A stretch of 64,000 bases of DNA from Cellvibrio sp. 79 (GCA_003056245.1 MVDH01000001.1:158794-222793), one strand, 5' to 3'; positions 37,779 to 48,642 are shown, counted from the stretch's first letter. The notes: generated by a model not told the origin, from the letters alone. Numbers and translations: made by a program.

Positions 37779-38885
37779 TCAAGCGTAATATTGTGGGGTG
37801 AGAGTATTATGGTAGATGGAATTATTAATATCAAAAAGCTCTAATTGCAAAAAATTATTATCCTCCCGCAAATCAATAAACCTGACTCCAACACCTAATA
37901 AACGTACCGGCATATTTTTCCGGTTGTAAGCTTCAGCGCACAGGCTTTGCAATTCGGCGAGAGAAACTGCGCTGGCGCTGCGTTCGATGGTGGTGGTGGT
38001 GAAATCGGAAAATTTTATTTTTACGTAGAGCTTTACCACCTTGTAATCATCATCTACACGGCGTAAACGAATTGCCAATTGCTGGCTTAATGAAGGAATT
38101 TCATTCAGGCATTGTGGTAATCCCGACAAGTCATTTGCAAACGTATTTTCTACACTCAAGGATTTGCGGCGTCGGTCGACTGTGACTTCCCGGTTATCAA
38201 TACCACGGCTTAAATGATACAGGCGTGTACCCATTTGCCCATAGCGTTGGGTTAACTCGAATACGGAGAATTTATGCAAATCACTACAATTAAAAATGCT
38301 CGATTCTGCCAGCTTCGCCGCCATGGCTTTGCCCACGCCGTAAATTTTATTCACCGGTAACTGTGCTACAAATTCCTGCACTTTGGCAGGTGTAATCACA
38401 AACTGGCCATTGGGTTTATTCCAGTCGCTGGCGATTTTGGCGAGGAATTTATTGGGGGCGATACCTGCTGAAACGGTAATGCCAATTTCTTTTTGAATTC
38501 GGGCACGAATTTCCTGTGCAATTAATGTAGCACTACCGTGATGGAATTCTGAATCGCTTACATCCAGAAATGCTTCATCTAGCGAAAGCGGTTCGATCAA
38601 CTCTGTGTATTCATAAAAAATACTGCGCATCTGCATGGAGGCGTCGCGGTAGGCATCCATGCGATGAGGTAACACCAGCAAATCCGGACACAGGCGTTTG
38701 GCGTGGCTGGTAGGCATGGCCGAGCGCACACCGAAACGGCGCGCTACATAATTGCAGGTAGATATGACTCCACGACTTTCACTGCGTCCACCCACGGCGA
38801 TGGGAAGGTTCACCAGGGACGGATCATCGCGCATTTCAATGGCGGCGAAAAAGCAATCGGCATCCAGGTGAATAATTTTGCGCAT
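37779..38885 (-). CDS. dinB: DNA polymerase IV
   Basis: IIHLDADCFFAAIE, STCNYVAR, SLDEAFLD; C-terminal clamp-binding motif QLELF. Confidence 0.97.
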   Translation of the reverse strand: MRKIIHLDADCFFAAIEMRDDPSLVNLPIAVGGRSESRGVISTCNYVARRFGVRSAMPTSHAKRLCPDLLVLPHRMDAYRDASMQMRSIFYEYTELIEPLSLDEAFLDVSDSEFHHGSATLIAQEIRARIQKEIGITVSAGIAPNKFLAKIASDWNKPNGQFVITPAKVQEFVAQLPVNKIYGVGKAMAAKLAESSIFNCSDLHKFSVFELTQRYGQMGTRLYHLSRGIDNREVTVDRRRKSLSVENTFANDLSGLPQCLNEIPSLSQQLAIRLRRVDDDYKVVKLYVKIKFSDFTTTTIERSASAVSLAELQSLCAEAYNRKNMPVRLLGVGVRFIDLREDNNFLQLELFDINNSIYHNTLTPQYYA

Positions 38886-38919
38886 AGTGAATCTTTATTT
38901 GGCGGCATTGGGAGTGTTT

Positions 38920-38935
38920 CTGTATTTAAACACAG
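38920..38935. promoter_or_regulatory. LexA (SOS) box upstream of dinB
   Basis: CTGTATTTAAACACAG = CTGT-N8-ACAG, 35 nt upstream of the dinB start. Confidence 0.9.
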
Positions 38936-39146
38936 TATGTATAAAAAGCCAGTCTTAATGATGAAAAGCATACCCGTTGGCGCGGGCGGGTTTGACAGTG
39001 GTGGTAGGGCGTTAGCTATTCAGTGCTGTGGAAGGCAAGGTGGTAGCGGGTAAAATTAGGTTAAATTGTATGACTATATTATCTCTGGGCGACTATTCTT
39101 GCTTTGCCTGATTTAACTATAAATACAAACTCTGGAGAAAATCCTT

Positions 39147-40700
39147 ATGCGTTTCATCAAACCGCTCGCGGCAGCTATCAGCCTGTGCGCATCCTCCCTG
39201 GCTTTCGCTAATACCCAGTTAAGTGTGGATACCACCAAGCCAGGCCCGGTCATTAATAAAAACATCTATGGCCAATTCGCCGAGCATTTGGGGCGTGGCG
39301 TTTATGAAGGGCTTTGGGTTGGCCCGGATTCCAAAATCCCGAATACCCGTGGCTGGCGCAATGATGTGGTGGGTGCACTAAAGGAAATCAAAGTCCCGCT
39401 CGTGCGTTGGCCTGGTGGTTGTTTTGCCGATGAATATCACTGGCGCGATGGCATTGGTCCACGTGCGCAGCGCCCGGTAAAGGTGAATACCAACTGGGGC
39501 GGTGTTGAAGAAAATAATGCGGTAGGTACCCACGAATTTTTTGATTTGGCCGAAATACTCGGTGCAGAAACCTATGTAAACGGCAATCTTGGTACTGGCA
39601 CTGCACAGGAAATGGCCGAGTGGGTTGAATATATGACGGGAGAGGGCAAATCTACACTTGCTGAATTGCGTCGAAAAAATGGCCGCGATAAACCGTTCCG
39701 TGTGCATTACTTTGCGATTGGTAATGAGGCTTGGGGCTGCGGCGGCAATATGACTCCCGAATTTTACACTCACCTTTATAAGCAATATGCCAGCTTCTTA
39801 AAAACTCCCGAACACAACAAACCGAAACTGATTGCCAGTGGCGGTCACACTGAAGATACCGCATGGGCTGACCATCTTACCGCCAACGTTAAACCGAATT
39901 GGAGTTTGCGAATGGATGCCGTGAGCTTCCATTACTACACGCTACCGACTGGTGACTGGAAAGTTAAAGGCGCTGCACTGCAATTTCCTGAAACCGAATG
40001 GATGTCTACGTTGGTTAATACGTTGAAAATGGATCAGTTCATTATCAATAACAAAAAAGTGATGGACAAAAATGATCCGGAGAAAACAGTAGGTTTTTAT
40101 GTGGATGAATGGGGTACATGGTTCGACGTTGAAAAAGGTGAGAACCCTGGCTTCCTCTATCAGCAAAATAGCTTGCGCGATGCCATCGTAGCGGCATTGA
40201 ATTTGAATATTTTCCACAAGCATGCAGATCGCGTGCATATGAGTAATATTGCGCAAATGGTAAACGTGTTGCAGGCAATGATTTTGACCGATAAGGAAAA
40301 AATGATCCTGACCCCGACCTATCATATTTATAAAATGTATGTGCCATTCCAGGACGCCACTTCATTTCCTGTGGAACTGAAAAACGTTCCGCAATACACC
40401 TTGGGTAAGCAATCTGTTCCGGCTGTGAGTGCAACAGCCGCGCGCGGTAAAGATGGAAAAATTTATTTGGCGCTAGTGAATACCAATCCCAATAAAGCGG
40501 AGACAGTGGATATCAACCTTGCCGGTGTGAAAATTAATTCCGTCAGTGGCCAAGTGTTAACGGCGAAAGCGATGGATGCACATAACACCTTTGCGGCGCC
40601 GAATAATATCAAGCCTGAAAGCTATCCTGCGAAAGCGAACAATGGAAAACTGGCATTGGAATTGCCGGCGAAATCGGTTGTGGTTGTTGAGGTGAAATAA
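39147..40700 (+). CDS. GH51 alpha-L-arabinofuranosidase
   Basis: Signal peptide; RWPGGCFAD, IGNEAWG (acid/base), VDEWGTW (nucleophile). Confidence 0.95.
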   Translation: MRFIKPLAAAISLCASSLAFANTQLSVDTTKPGPVINKNIYGQFAEHLGRGVYEGLWVGPDSKIPNTRGWRNDVVGALKEIKVPLVRWPGGCFADEYHWRDGIGPRAQRPVKVNTNWGGVEENNAVGTHEFFDLAEILGAETYVNGNLGTGTAQEMAEWVEYMTGEGKSTLAELRRKNGRDKPFRVHYFAIGNEAWGCGGNMTPEFYTHLYKQYASFLKTPEHNKPKLIASGGHTEDTAWADHLTANVKPNWSLRMDAVSFHYYTLPTGDWKVKGAALQFPETEWMSTLVNTLKMDQFIINNKKVMDKNDPEKTVGFYVDEWGTWFDVEKGENPGFLYQQNSLRDAIVAALNLNIFHKHADRVHMSNIAQMVNVLQAMILTDKEKMILTPTYHIYKMYVPFQDATSFPVELKNVPQYTLGKQSVPAVSATAARGKDGKIYLALVNTNPNKAETVDINLAGVKINSVSGQVLTAKAMDAHNTFAAPNNIKPESYPAKANNGKLALELPAKSVVVVEVK

Positions 40701-40772
40701 TTATTAATTGTTGAATAGGGGGTGGAATTAAACGTGTGCAATAAAAAGGATGTTATAGAAAGGATGCGATAA

Positions 40773-40853
40773 AAAAGGGCGCGATAAATCGCGCCCCTAC
40801 AATGCCGGAAAATTTTACCATCCCGTAGGGGCGCAATTTATTGCGCCCTTTTT
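40773..40853. repeat. Inverted REP doublet (REPIN-like)
   Basis: GTAGGGGCGCGATTTATCGCGCCC on the minus strand and GTAGGGGCGCAATTTATTGCGCCC on the plus strand, 24-nt spacer, between convergent genes. Confidence 0.8.
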
Positions 40854-40880
40854 ATGCAGGTTCTTTTCGGTAATCAAAAC

Positions 40881-41792
40881 CTAAAACAAATCCTCAATCG
40901 ACAAATAACGCTCACCCGTATCGTAACTAAAAATAATTACGCGGCTGCCAGGTTTAAATTCATCCTGCTGTTTTGCAACAGCAGCGAGGGTTGCACCGGA
41001 AGAAATACCGATAAAAATCCCTTCTTTCAACGCGCATTGGCGAGTCATATCAAATGCAGCTTCTTCGCTCACAAGAATAGTGCCGTCCAGGGTTTCTTTA
41101 TTTAATACTTGCGGAACAAATCCTGCACCTATTCCCTGGATTCGATGCAATCCTTTTTGGCCGCCACTAATGACCGGTGATTTTTCCGGCTCCACTGCAA
41201 AAGTTTTTAATTGCGGAAATTTTTCTTTTAACACTTCACTGCAACCAGTGATATGGCCACCGGTACCTACGCCGGTAATCAGGTAATCAACACCTTCAGG
41301 GAAATCTGCAAGGATTTCCTGCGCGGTAGTGTTGCGATGAACTTCCACGTTAGCGGGGTTATTGAATTGTTGCGGCATCCAGCTATTGGCATTTTCAGCA
41401 AGCAATTCATTTGCCTTGGCGATGCAACCACCCATGCCCAATTCTTTTGGTGTTAGCACCAGTTCTGCGCCCAACGCTTTCATATATTTGCGACGCTCTA
41501 CCGACATTGATTCCGGCATGGTGAGAATGAGGCGATAACCTTTTACTGCACACACCAATGCCAGACCGATACCGGTATTACCGGAAGTGGGTTCAATAAT
41601 GACGGAGTCTTTGTTAATTAAACTTTTTGCTTCCGCATCTTCAATCATGGCGAGGGCGATACGATCTTTAATGCTGGAGCCCGGATTGAAGCGCTCGACT
41701 TTCATCCAGACTTCGATATCACTGCGAAACAAATGATTGATACGAACGTGGGGGGTGTTACCGATAGTTTGCAAAATATTGTCGGCTTTCAT
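40881..41792 (-). CDS. cysK: Cysteine synthase A
   Basis: NPGSSIKDR (PLP Lys), [28 protein letters not shown]. Confidence 0.95.
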   Translation of the reverse strand: MKADNILQTIGNTPHVRINHLFRSDIEVWMKVERFNPGSSIKDRIALAMIEDAEAKSLINKDSVIIEPTSGNTGIGLALVCAVKGYRLILTMPESMSVERRKYMKALGAELVLTPKELGMGGCIAKANELLAENANSWMPQQFNNPANVEVHRNTTAQEILADFPEGVDYLITGVGTGGHITGCSEVLKEKFPQLKTFAVEPEKSPVISGGQKGLHRIQGIGAGFVPQVLNKETLDGTILVSEEAAFDMTRQCALKEGIFIGISSGATLAAVAKQQDEFKPGSRVIIFSYDTGERYLSIEDLF

Positions 41793-41881
41793 AATGGTCC
41801 CTGATGATTAGTGCTTGCGGTGCAAACAAGTGGATAAGTAAATGTTGAAAATACAGCGCTAGTGTAGCGAATGCGGGGCAT

Positions 41882-41911
41882 AAAAAAAGCCGCTCGTGTG
41901 AGCGGCTTTTT
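41882..41911. terminator. Intrinsic terminator
   Basis: aaaaaaagccgctc-gtgt-gagcggcttttt. Confidence 0.8.
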
Positions 41912-41929
41912 GTAGTAGTACACTGCTTA

Positions 41930-42934
41930 TCAGGCGCGTTTGCGGCGAATCAATAACAAGGCGAGTAAACCGGCAACGAACAACAACAGTGTGGAAGGTT
42001 CCGGCACAGTTGCAACGGGTGGTTTTGGTGGTTCTACCGTTACTGGTGGAACAAAAAATCCATCCCACAAGTTAGCTTGCGCGCCCCAGTTACCAGTCCA
42101 GGATTTTGCAATCACCTGACCGCTTAAATCACCAGTGATGAAATTGAAATTCGCGTTTGGAGCGAGGATGTTGCCCTTAAGCCCGCCACTAAAGCTGAGG
42201 TTTTCTGCTTCATAGAAGTTATAGATAATCTGCGCGGGAGACACTGCCAACGGAGTGAGACCCTCACGGTTGGTGTAACTAACAGAATCGAAATTAATAT
42301 TTTTACCGCTGACGTTGATAATCAATGTGTCGTTTTTATCAAGGCCAAGCGCTGTCAGGTCAGTTGCATTGGCCAACATTTGGCCAGTGATATTGGCAAC
42401 ATAAATATCGGATTCTGCATTGCCATTCAGCAACAACCAATTGTTGTATTTAAACTCCAATCCGCCGGTATTGCCTCGTACTGCCAACGATTTGGATACT
42501 TCCGTCAGTTGGTTAAAGGCGCTATTGAAATCAATGGGATTACCTTTGGTAGTGGTGCCCAACACGGAGTTCTTGCTAGAACCGGTCGTCAGCCCGCCGC
42601 CCAACACCAGGTTGCCTTTGATATTGCCCCAGGAATAAGAGGCTGTAGTCAGGTTTCCGCCCACAACCAGCACATCGGAATATTTACCGGGTTCGCTCCA
42701 GAACTGCTTGCCGTCGCGCCAGGTGCCGGGTTCGTAGTTCACACCCACATCGTATTGGCCAATATTGGCGTTGCCACCAATAGCGATTTTGCCCTGTGAG
42801 TCAGCACCGGGTTGGCTGAAGTTTTCTTTGATAAACAGGTTGTAACCGGTGGCTGCGCCCAAATCGATACTAATGGCTTGGGCATTGGAGGCGGCTATCA
42901 CCAAGGCAAAAACCGCAGAAGCTTTTTTAAACAT
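41930..42934 (-). CDS. Choice-of-anchor-A-like domain protein with PEP-CTERM tail
   Basis: YNLFI...DSQGKIAIGGN, IIYNFYEA, GNILAPNA; C-terminus VPEPSTLLLFVAGLLALLLIRRKR. Confidence 0.9.
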   Translation of the reverse strand: MFKKASAVFALVIAASNAQAISIDLGAATGYNLFIKENFSQPGADSQGKIAIGGNANIGQYDVGVNYEPGTWRDGKQFWSEPGKYSDVLVVGGNLTTASYSWGNIKGNLVLGGGLTTGSSKNSVLGTTTKGNPIDFNSAFNQLTEVSKSLAVRGNTGGLEFKYNNWLLLNGNAESDIYVANITGQMLANATDLTALGLDKNDTLIINVSGKNINFDSVSYTNREGLTPLAVSPAQIIYNFYEAENLSFSGGLKGNILAPNANFNFITGDLSGQVIAKSWTGNWGAQANLWDGFFVPPVTVEPPKPPVATVPEPSTLLLFVAGLLALLLIRRKRA

Positions 42935-43101
42935 ATATGCGAACCAGTTCACAAAATTAATGTGATGCAAGTTTAGGTTGAGTTTTGAGCAAGCTCAAGC
43001 CGTAACGCGATATAAATTTTTCTGCTTGTTTAGATTGGTTATAAAAGCAGCGTTAAATAGGTGTTAATGCGAGTGTTCGGGTATAAGCAGGATGCTTGTT
43101 A

Positions 43102-44211
43102 TTAATCCAGCCGCTTTTTGAAACGAGTAGCTGCTGCCAAAACCCCAAGAATGGTGAAGCCGATAAGCCATAGAAGATCCGGCCAGAGGTCATCCAGAGT
43201 GGCACCGCGCAGGACAATCGCACGCACCATCCGGATAAAGTGGGTTGCCGGTAACGCTTCGGCAATCCATTGGGCCGCATCCGGCATTCCTTCATACGGG
43301 AACATAAATCCGGATAGCAGGATGGATGGGATCAATAAAAATACTGTCAGTTGCATCGCCTGCAATTGGGTTTTGGCGATGGTGGAAATCAATAGGCCCA
43401 AGGTCAGGCTGGCACTGATAAAGGCAAACACGCCCAATACCAGTTGATCAAGGCGGCCATTGATAGGGACATCAAAAATCAAATGCCCAAGGCCAAGGAT
43501 GATCGCCATCTGGATCAGGCCGACAAAAATATAGGGCACAATTTTGCCGATCATGATTTCACTGGAATGCACCGGTGTAGTGATCAGCAATTCCAGGTTG
43601 CCACGTTCCCGCTCGCGCACCAACGCGGCGGAAGTAAACATCACCATGGTCATGGTCAATACAATCGCCACCAGACCGGGAACAATATTCACGGCCGAAC
43701 GCCGCTCCGGATTGAAAAACAACGCGATTTCAAAGGTATTTTTCCGCGCTGCCGTTTGGGTTTCAAAGCCGCTGGCGAATGGCATTTGTTGCAGCGCGAG
43801 CAGGGCGTTACTAACCATGGTGTCGGAGCCATCAATCAACCATTGGGCGATGGGGCGGTTATCTTGCAAGCGTTGGCCGAAATCCTCGGGAATTACCAGC
43901 ACTGCATGGACATGGCCGCGGCGGATTGCATCTTCGGCCAACGTCGGCGTCTGGTAAGTTTCTTCGAAGCTCACAACTTGCGTCGCTTGCAAATCGGCAA
44001 TCAAATTGCGGGCAACTTGCGTATGACTTAAATCGACTACACCAACCGGAAGATCACGCACGTTGGTATTGATGGCAAAACCAAATAGCAGCAATTGGAT
44101 TAGCGGCACCATCACAATCATGCCGAAGGTCGGGCGATCGCGCGTGAGCTGGCGCAATTCCTTAAAAACAATCGCACCGATACGCTGCAAACTGCGACTC
44201 AATCCCTTCAT
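43102..44211 (-). CDS. ABC-2 type exporter permease
   Basis: RERERGNLELLITTP, LLSGFMFPYEGMP, LPATHF. Confidence 0.93.
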   Translation of the reverse strand: MKGLSRSLQRIGAIVFKELRQLTRDRPTFGMIVMVPLIQLLLFGFAINTNVRDLPVGVVDLSHTQVARNLIADLQATQVVSFEETYQTPTLAEDAIRRGHVHAVLVIPEDFGQRLQDNRPIAQWLIDGSDTMVSNALLALQQMPFASGFETQTAARKNTFEIALFFNPERRSAVNIVPGLVAIVLTMTMVMFTSAALVRERERGNLELLITTPVHSSEIMIGKIVPYIFVGLIQMAIILGLGHLIFDVPINGRLDQLVLGVFAFISASLTLGLLISTIAKTQLQAMQLTVFLLIPSILLSGFMFPYEGMPDAAQWIAEALPATHFIRMVRAIVLRGATLDDLWPDLLWLIGFTILGVLAAATRFKKRLD

Positions 44212-45173
44212 TGCCGGGCGCCTCCGTTTTCACCACCGGTGCAATGGACAAACACATCTTCCAGGCTCGGCCGCACTTTATGGATTTGCCGTTGCGCTAC
44301 CAGTTCCGGGTGAGCGGTGCGCAGCCAGGTTTCAGGATCGGCGATTTCTTCTTTAATCAGTACGCGTAAATGGGTGCCTTGTTGCGCGGTGGAAACAATT
44401 TCCGGTAGCTCACTTAATTGCTGTTTGAGCAGGCGTAAATTTTCCCCATCGACTTCTACCACGCTGGCGCCGAGGTCGCGCATCAGTTGCGCGGGTGGGC
44501 CGTCGGCGCGCTTCACGCCCGCCTCCATAATGGCGATGCCGTGGCAACGCTCGGCTTCGTCCATATAGTGAGTTGAAACCAGGATGCTGGTTCCGGCATC
44601 GCACAGGTCGAATAATTTTTCCCAGAAATCGCGGCGGTTTTCCGGATCAACGGCGGAGGTAGGTTCGTCGAGGATTAATAACTCGGGCTGATGCAACGTC
44701 GCTGCCGCCAGCGCGAGTCTCTGGCGCTGGCCGCCACTCAATGCCCCGGCCAGCCGTTGCTTGCGCTCGTTAAGTTGATAACGGCTAAGTTGTTGTTCGA
44801 TAAGGTGTTTGCTTTGGTGCTTATCCAGGTTATAGATCTGCGCCATAAAGCGCAGGTTTTCCTGCACAGTCAGGTCTTCGTAGAGCGAAAACTTCTGGGT
44901 CATATAGCCCAGTCGCCGCCGCAATTGTTCGGCCTGGTCGGGAATGTTCATTCCCAGCACTTTGACTGAACCTTCACTCGGCGTAAGCAAGCCGGTTATC
45001 AAGCGCATGCTGGTGGATTTTCCACAACCATTAGGCCCGAGGAAGCCGTAAATGGTTTTAGGTGGAATGCGTAAATCGAGTTTATCGACCGCCACAAAAT
45101 CGCTAAAGCGACGCGTCAGGCCGTCGGTCTCAATTGCCCACTCGCTATCAGTGTTGGGGCTGATATCAGTCAT
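44208..45173 (-). CDS. ABC transporter ATP-binding protein
   Basis: GPNGCGKS, LSGGQRQR, LDEPTSAVDP. Confidence 0.95.
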   Translation of the reverse strand: MTDISPNTDSEWAIETDGLTRRFSDFVAVDKLDLRIPPKTIYGFLGPNGCGKSTSMRLITGLLTPSEGSVKVLGMNIPDQAEQLRRRLGYMTQKFSLYEDLTVQENLRFMAQIYNLDKHQSKHLIEQQLSRYQLNERKQRLAGALSGGQRQRLALAAATLHQPELLILDEPTSAVDPENRRDFWEKLFDLCDAGTSILVSTHYMDEAERCHGIAIMEAGVKRADGPPAQLMRDLGASVVEVDGENLRLLKQQLSELPEIVSTAQQGTHLRVLIKEEIADPETWLRTAHPELVAQRQIHKVRPSLEDVFVHCTGGENGGARQ

Positions 45174-46143
45174 GGGGCAGCTCGACTTGTACCGGCAAAC
45201 CGCTGGGTAATTCGGCGGCGCTGTCCGGTAATTGCACTTCGGCCAGATACATCAGGCGCGCGCGATCAGTGGAGTTCAGCGCGAAGTAGGGGGTGAAGGC
45301 GGGATCTTGCGAAATCCAGCGCAGCTTGCCGGTTTGGGCGTCGGCAATCCCATCAATATGAATGTGTAATTGCGCACCGGTTTTGAGTTTAACGCGGTGG
45401 GTTTCGGGAACATAAATACGAGCGTAGGGCGCGCCTCCATCCAGCAAGGTTACTACTGCTTCACCGACGCTGGTGCGCTCGCCCAGATGTTTGGGTAAAT
45501 GATCAAGCCGTGCGCGTCGTGTTGCGCGGATGCTTAATTCGTCAAGGTTGTGTTGCTCCAGTTCGAGCCCCGCTTTAGCGAGTGCCACTTGCGCTTCCGC
45601 TTGTTGCAAGTCTTCCTCGCGTGCGCCATTGGTTTGCAGCAATAAAGTCTCGCGCGCTTTATCCAGGTTGGCTTGCGCGGAATCGCGTTTGGCCCGGGCG
45701 CTATCCAATTCGGCGGCGCCGGCTAGTTTGCGTGCAACCAGTGTTTGCGCGCGATCAAAGGTTTTTTGCGCTTCGACCAATTGCGCATCGGCGCCCTGGA
45801 CTTGCGAGCGAGCCGCGGCGATATCTTCCGGGCGATTGCCATTTTGCAATTTGGTGAGGTTGGCCTGCGCGCTTTCCAGGCTGGCTTTGGCGCTGGCGAG
45901 CAAGGCTTGCTGGCGGCGATCATCCAGTTGCAACAGTAAATCGCCCTGCGCAACCAGAGTGCCTTCCGCTACCGGTAATTGGGTGATGATTTCGGCCGCG
46001 GTGGCTTTCAGGATAATGCGGTCTCGCTCCAGGGTGCCTAGCGCCAGGTGAGCATCCTTATCACTGCATGCCGTTAATGCGAATAACACAAAGGGAAGGA
46101 CAAACAAAGGTTGGCAAAAAGATGGGCGCATACTTAATGTCAT
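45166..46143 (-). CDS. HlyD-family membrane fusion lipoprotein (YbhG-like)
   Basis: Lipobox LTAC, coiled-coil hairpin, FTPYFAL motif. Confidence 0.92.
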   Translation of the reverse strand: MTLSMRPSFCQPLFVLPFVLFALTACSDKDAHLALGTLERDRIILKATAAEIITQLPVAEGTLVAQGDLLLQLDDRRQQALLASAKASLESAQANLTKLQNGNRPEDIAAARSQVQGADAQLVEAQKTFDRAQTLVARKLAGAAELDSARAKRDSAQANLDKARETLLLQTNGAREEDLQQAEAQVALAKAGLELEQHNLDELSIRATRRARLDHLPKHLGERTSVGEAVVTLLDGGAPYARIYVPETHRVKLKTGAQLHIHIDGIADAQTGKLRWISQDPAFTPYFALNSTDRARLMYLAEVQLPDSAAELPSGLPVQVELPHD

Positions 46144-46407
46144 GATGAATCCCTGGATCACACTGGAGTGAGAGAGTGTGCCAGAAGTTCTCATCGTCGC
46201 ACAAAAGGCAAATAAAATAATTTGTGGTGTATCAATTATCTTTTATGGCAGATGGTAGTGTCATTTCACATTCCTTGCGCCTCTAGGGTTTTCTGCGCCT
46301 TAACAATTCTCTGCCTGCCAGGGGCTTTCCCTTCGTAGTGCACTGGCACAATTTATGGCAGAATCCCCCGCGTTTTACTTCGCATCTCAATACCTAAGGA
46401 TATTTCC

Positions 46408-46821
46408 ATGCTTGAAACCACTTTGTCATCGCTTGATGGTTTGCCACCGTTCCTCGCTTATTTTGCTGTGGCGATTGTTCTGGTACTGGTTTTCATCGGC
46501 CTGTACACCTGGATCACTCCGCACAGTGAAATGGATTTGATCCGCGCCAATAATCCCGCTGCAGCATTAGCATTTGGTGGAGCGTTAATCGGTTTTGCAT
46601 TGCCATTATCCAGCGCCATCACCCATTCACTGTCCCTGCTGGATTGTGCGATCTGGGGTGCTGTAGCGTTGGTCGTACAGGTGTTGACCTTTACCGTATT
46701 GCGTTTCAGCATCAAGCAATTACCCGAGCGCATTCACAACGGTGAAATAGCAACGGGAATTTTATCCGCTGCTACGGCGGTTGCTGTGGGTTTGATTAAC
46801 GCGGCGTGTATGAGTTATTAA
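46408..46821 (+). CDS. DUF350 membrane protein
   Basis: ITPHSEMDLIRANNPAAAL motif; four TMs. Confidence 0.9.
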   Translation: MLETTLSSLDGLPPFLAYFAVAIVLVLVFIGLYTWITPHSEMDLIRANNPAAALAFGGALIGFALPLSSAITHSLSLLDCAIWGAVALVVQVLTFTVLRFSIKQLPERIHNGEIATGILSAATAVAVGLINAACMSY

Positions 46822-46854
46822 TTATTTTTCAGGAATCCTTTTTACAGGAACACA

Positions 46855-47466
46855 ATGATGAAACGTAGTAAAAAAGCTGCTTTGGTATTAATGGTTCCCG
46901 CTACCACTTTATTGCTTGCCAGTTGCGGTGAAGAGCGTGAGACAGCGCTGGTTTATGAATCGCCCGAGGAGTGTTCCGCTGCAACATTTAACACGCCCGA
47001 ACAATGCAAGGCTGATTATGATGAAGCCAAAGCGTTGCACCCATTGACTGCGCCCAAGTTTGAATCCCAAGCTGATTGCGAAACAGAGTTTGGTGCTGGC
47101 AAATGTGAGCAAGCACCGACTGCATCATCCGGCGGCAGCGGTTTTTTTATGCCGATGATGATGGGCTATATGATGGGGCAGATGATGAATCGCAACTCTG
47201 CCGCCGCAGCGCAAAATTTCCAACAAAATTCCAATCCATCGGCTGCCGGTGCTAATGGACGTAATATTCGCACCCAGCCACTTTATAAGGGTCGCGACGA
47301 TTACAATAATTTTCGCACCTCCAACAATGTAAAACTGGATAAAGGTATTGGTCCTATCCAATTAAAACCATCACAAGTACAACCGCAATTCGGACAAGTA
47401 GCCAAGCGCAGCGGTTTTGGTTCACAGGGCGCAGCGCGTTCCGGTGGCAGTACATTTGGCGGTTGA
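46855..47466 (+). CDS. DUF1190 (YgiB-like) lipoprotein
   Basis: Lipobox LASC, APKF...CETEFG..C, FFMPMMMGYMMG, Gly/Ser-rich tail. Confidence 0.9.
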   Translation: MMKRSKKAALVLMVPATTLLLASCGEERETALVYESPEECSAATFNTPEQCKADYDEAKALHPLTAPKFESQADCETEFGAGKCEQAPTASSGGSGFFMPMMMGYMMGQMMNRNSAAAAQNFQQNSNPSAAGANGRNIRTQPLYKGRDDYNNFRTSNNVKLDKGIGPIQLKPSQVQPQFGQVAKRSGFGSQGAARSGGSTFGG

Positions 47467-47469
47467 TGG

Positions 47470-48642
47470 ATGAAACGAATCAATATTAATGAGCGCGCCA
47501 ATTGGCGTGCTTACGCAGAAGAAGTTGGTTTTAAATTTCACACCTTTGATGGTGAGCCCTATTGGGATGAAACGGCTTACTATCAATTTTCAATGCAGCA
47601 AATTGAAAATGATCTGGAAGGTCCTACAGAAGAAATTCACCAGATGGTAATGGATATGGTGAGTGACATCACCCGCAGCGAAGAAATGCTTACGCTGTTA
47701 AATATCCCGCGCGATTTCTGGAGTTATGTATGGAATTCCTGGAATAAAACCCAGCCGCATTTATATGGTCGCCTGGATTTGGTTTACGACGGCACTGGCC
47801 CCGCAAAATTACTTGAACTGAATTACGACACGCCCACGTCATTGTATGAAACCGGATTTTTCCAATGGGTGTGGCTGGAAGATCAAATCAATGCCGGTGT
47901 ATTGCCCGCGCAGGCTGATCAATTTAATTCATTGCAAGATAAACTCGAGCAAGCCTTTGGTGAATTAAATCTACCGCAACCTTTTTATTTTTCGAGTGTG
48001 CGTGAAAGCATTGAAGATAAAGGCACGGTTGAATACTTGATGGATATTGCAACTCAAGCTGGTGTCGATGCGCGCTACATTGCCATTGAAGATTTGGGAG
48101 AACTGGAAGGTCAGTTGGTCGATTTGGATAATCAACCTATTAAAGGCTTATTCAAGTTGTACCCTTGGGAATTTATGGTGCAGGAAGAGTTTGCCAAAGT
48201 GGTGACTACCAGCCAAACGCAAATTATCGAACCTGGTTGGAAAATGTTGTTATCCAACAAAGGTATTTTGCCGCTGCTATGGCAACGCTATCCCGATCAT
48301 CCCAATTTATTGCCCGCTTTTTTTGAAACACCCAAAAGCGAATCTATGGGGGCGGGTTGGGTGCGTAAGCCCTTATTTTCCCGCGAAGGTGCAAACGTCG
48401 ATTTAATTACGGCAAGCGGTGAAAAAGTTTCTGCGCAAGGTCCTTATAGTGACGGAAGATTTATTCGCCAGGCATTGCATGCGTTACCGAAATTCCGCGA
48501 TGAATATCGCAATGCAGATACTTATACGATGCTTGGTAGTTGGATCGTGGGTGATAGCGCCGCCGGTATTTGTATTCGCGAAGATGAAACATTGATCACC
48601 AAAGATACCTCACGGTTTTTACCGCATATTATTCTGGATTAG
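47470..48642 (+). CDS. Glutathionylspermidine synthase-family ATP-grasp protein (YgiC-like)
   Basis: YWDETAYY, LYGRLDL, ELNYDTPTSL, RKPLFSREGAN, SRFLPH. Confidence 0.93.
   Translation: MKRININERANWRAYAEEVGFKFHTFDGEPYWDETAYYQFSMQQIENDLEGPTEEIHQMVMDMVSDITRSEEMLTLLNIPRDFWSYVWNSWNKTQPHLYGRLDLVYDGTGPAKLLELNYDTPTSLYETGFFQWVWLEDQINAGVLPAQADQFNSLQDKLEQAFGELNLPQPFYFSSVRESIEDKGTVEYLMDIATQAGVDARYIAIEDLGELEGQLVDLDNQPIKGLFKLYPWEFMVQEEFAKVVTTSQTQIIEPGWKMLLSNKGILPLLWQRYPDHPNLLPAFFETPKSESMGAGWVRKPLFSREGANVDLITASGEKVSAQGPYSDGRFIRQALHALPKFRDEYRNADTYTMLGSWIVGDSAAGICIREDETLITKDTSRFLPHIILD

Noticed and set aside
42985-43005. Sigma54-like element upstream of the third PEP-CTERM gene
   Set aside because: GG-to-GC spacing is 9 nt, not the required 10.
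43444-46051. Long plus-strand ORFs opposite the ABC exporter genes (and similar shadows at 29008-29460, 39378-39785, 48642-48953)
   Set aside because: Antisense frames of well-supported genes with no independent motifs.
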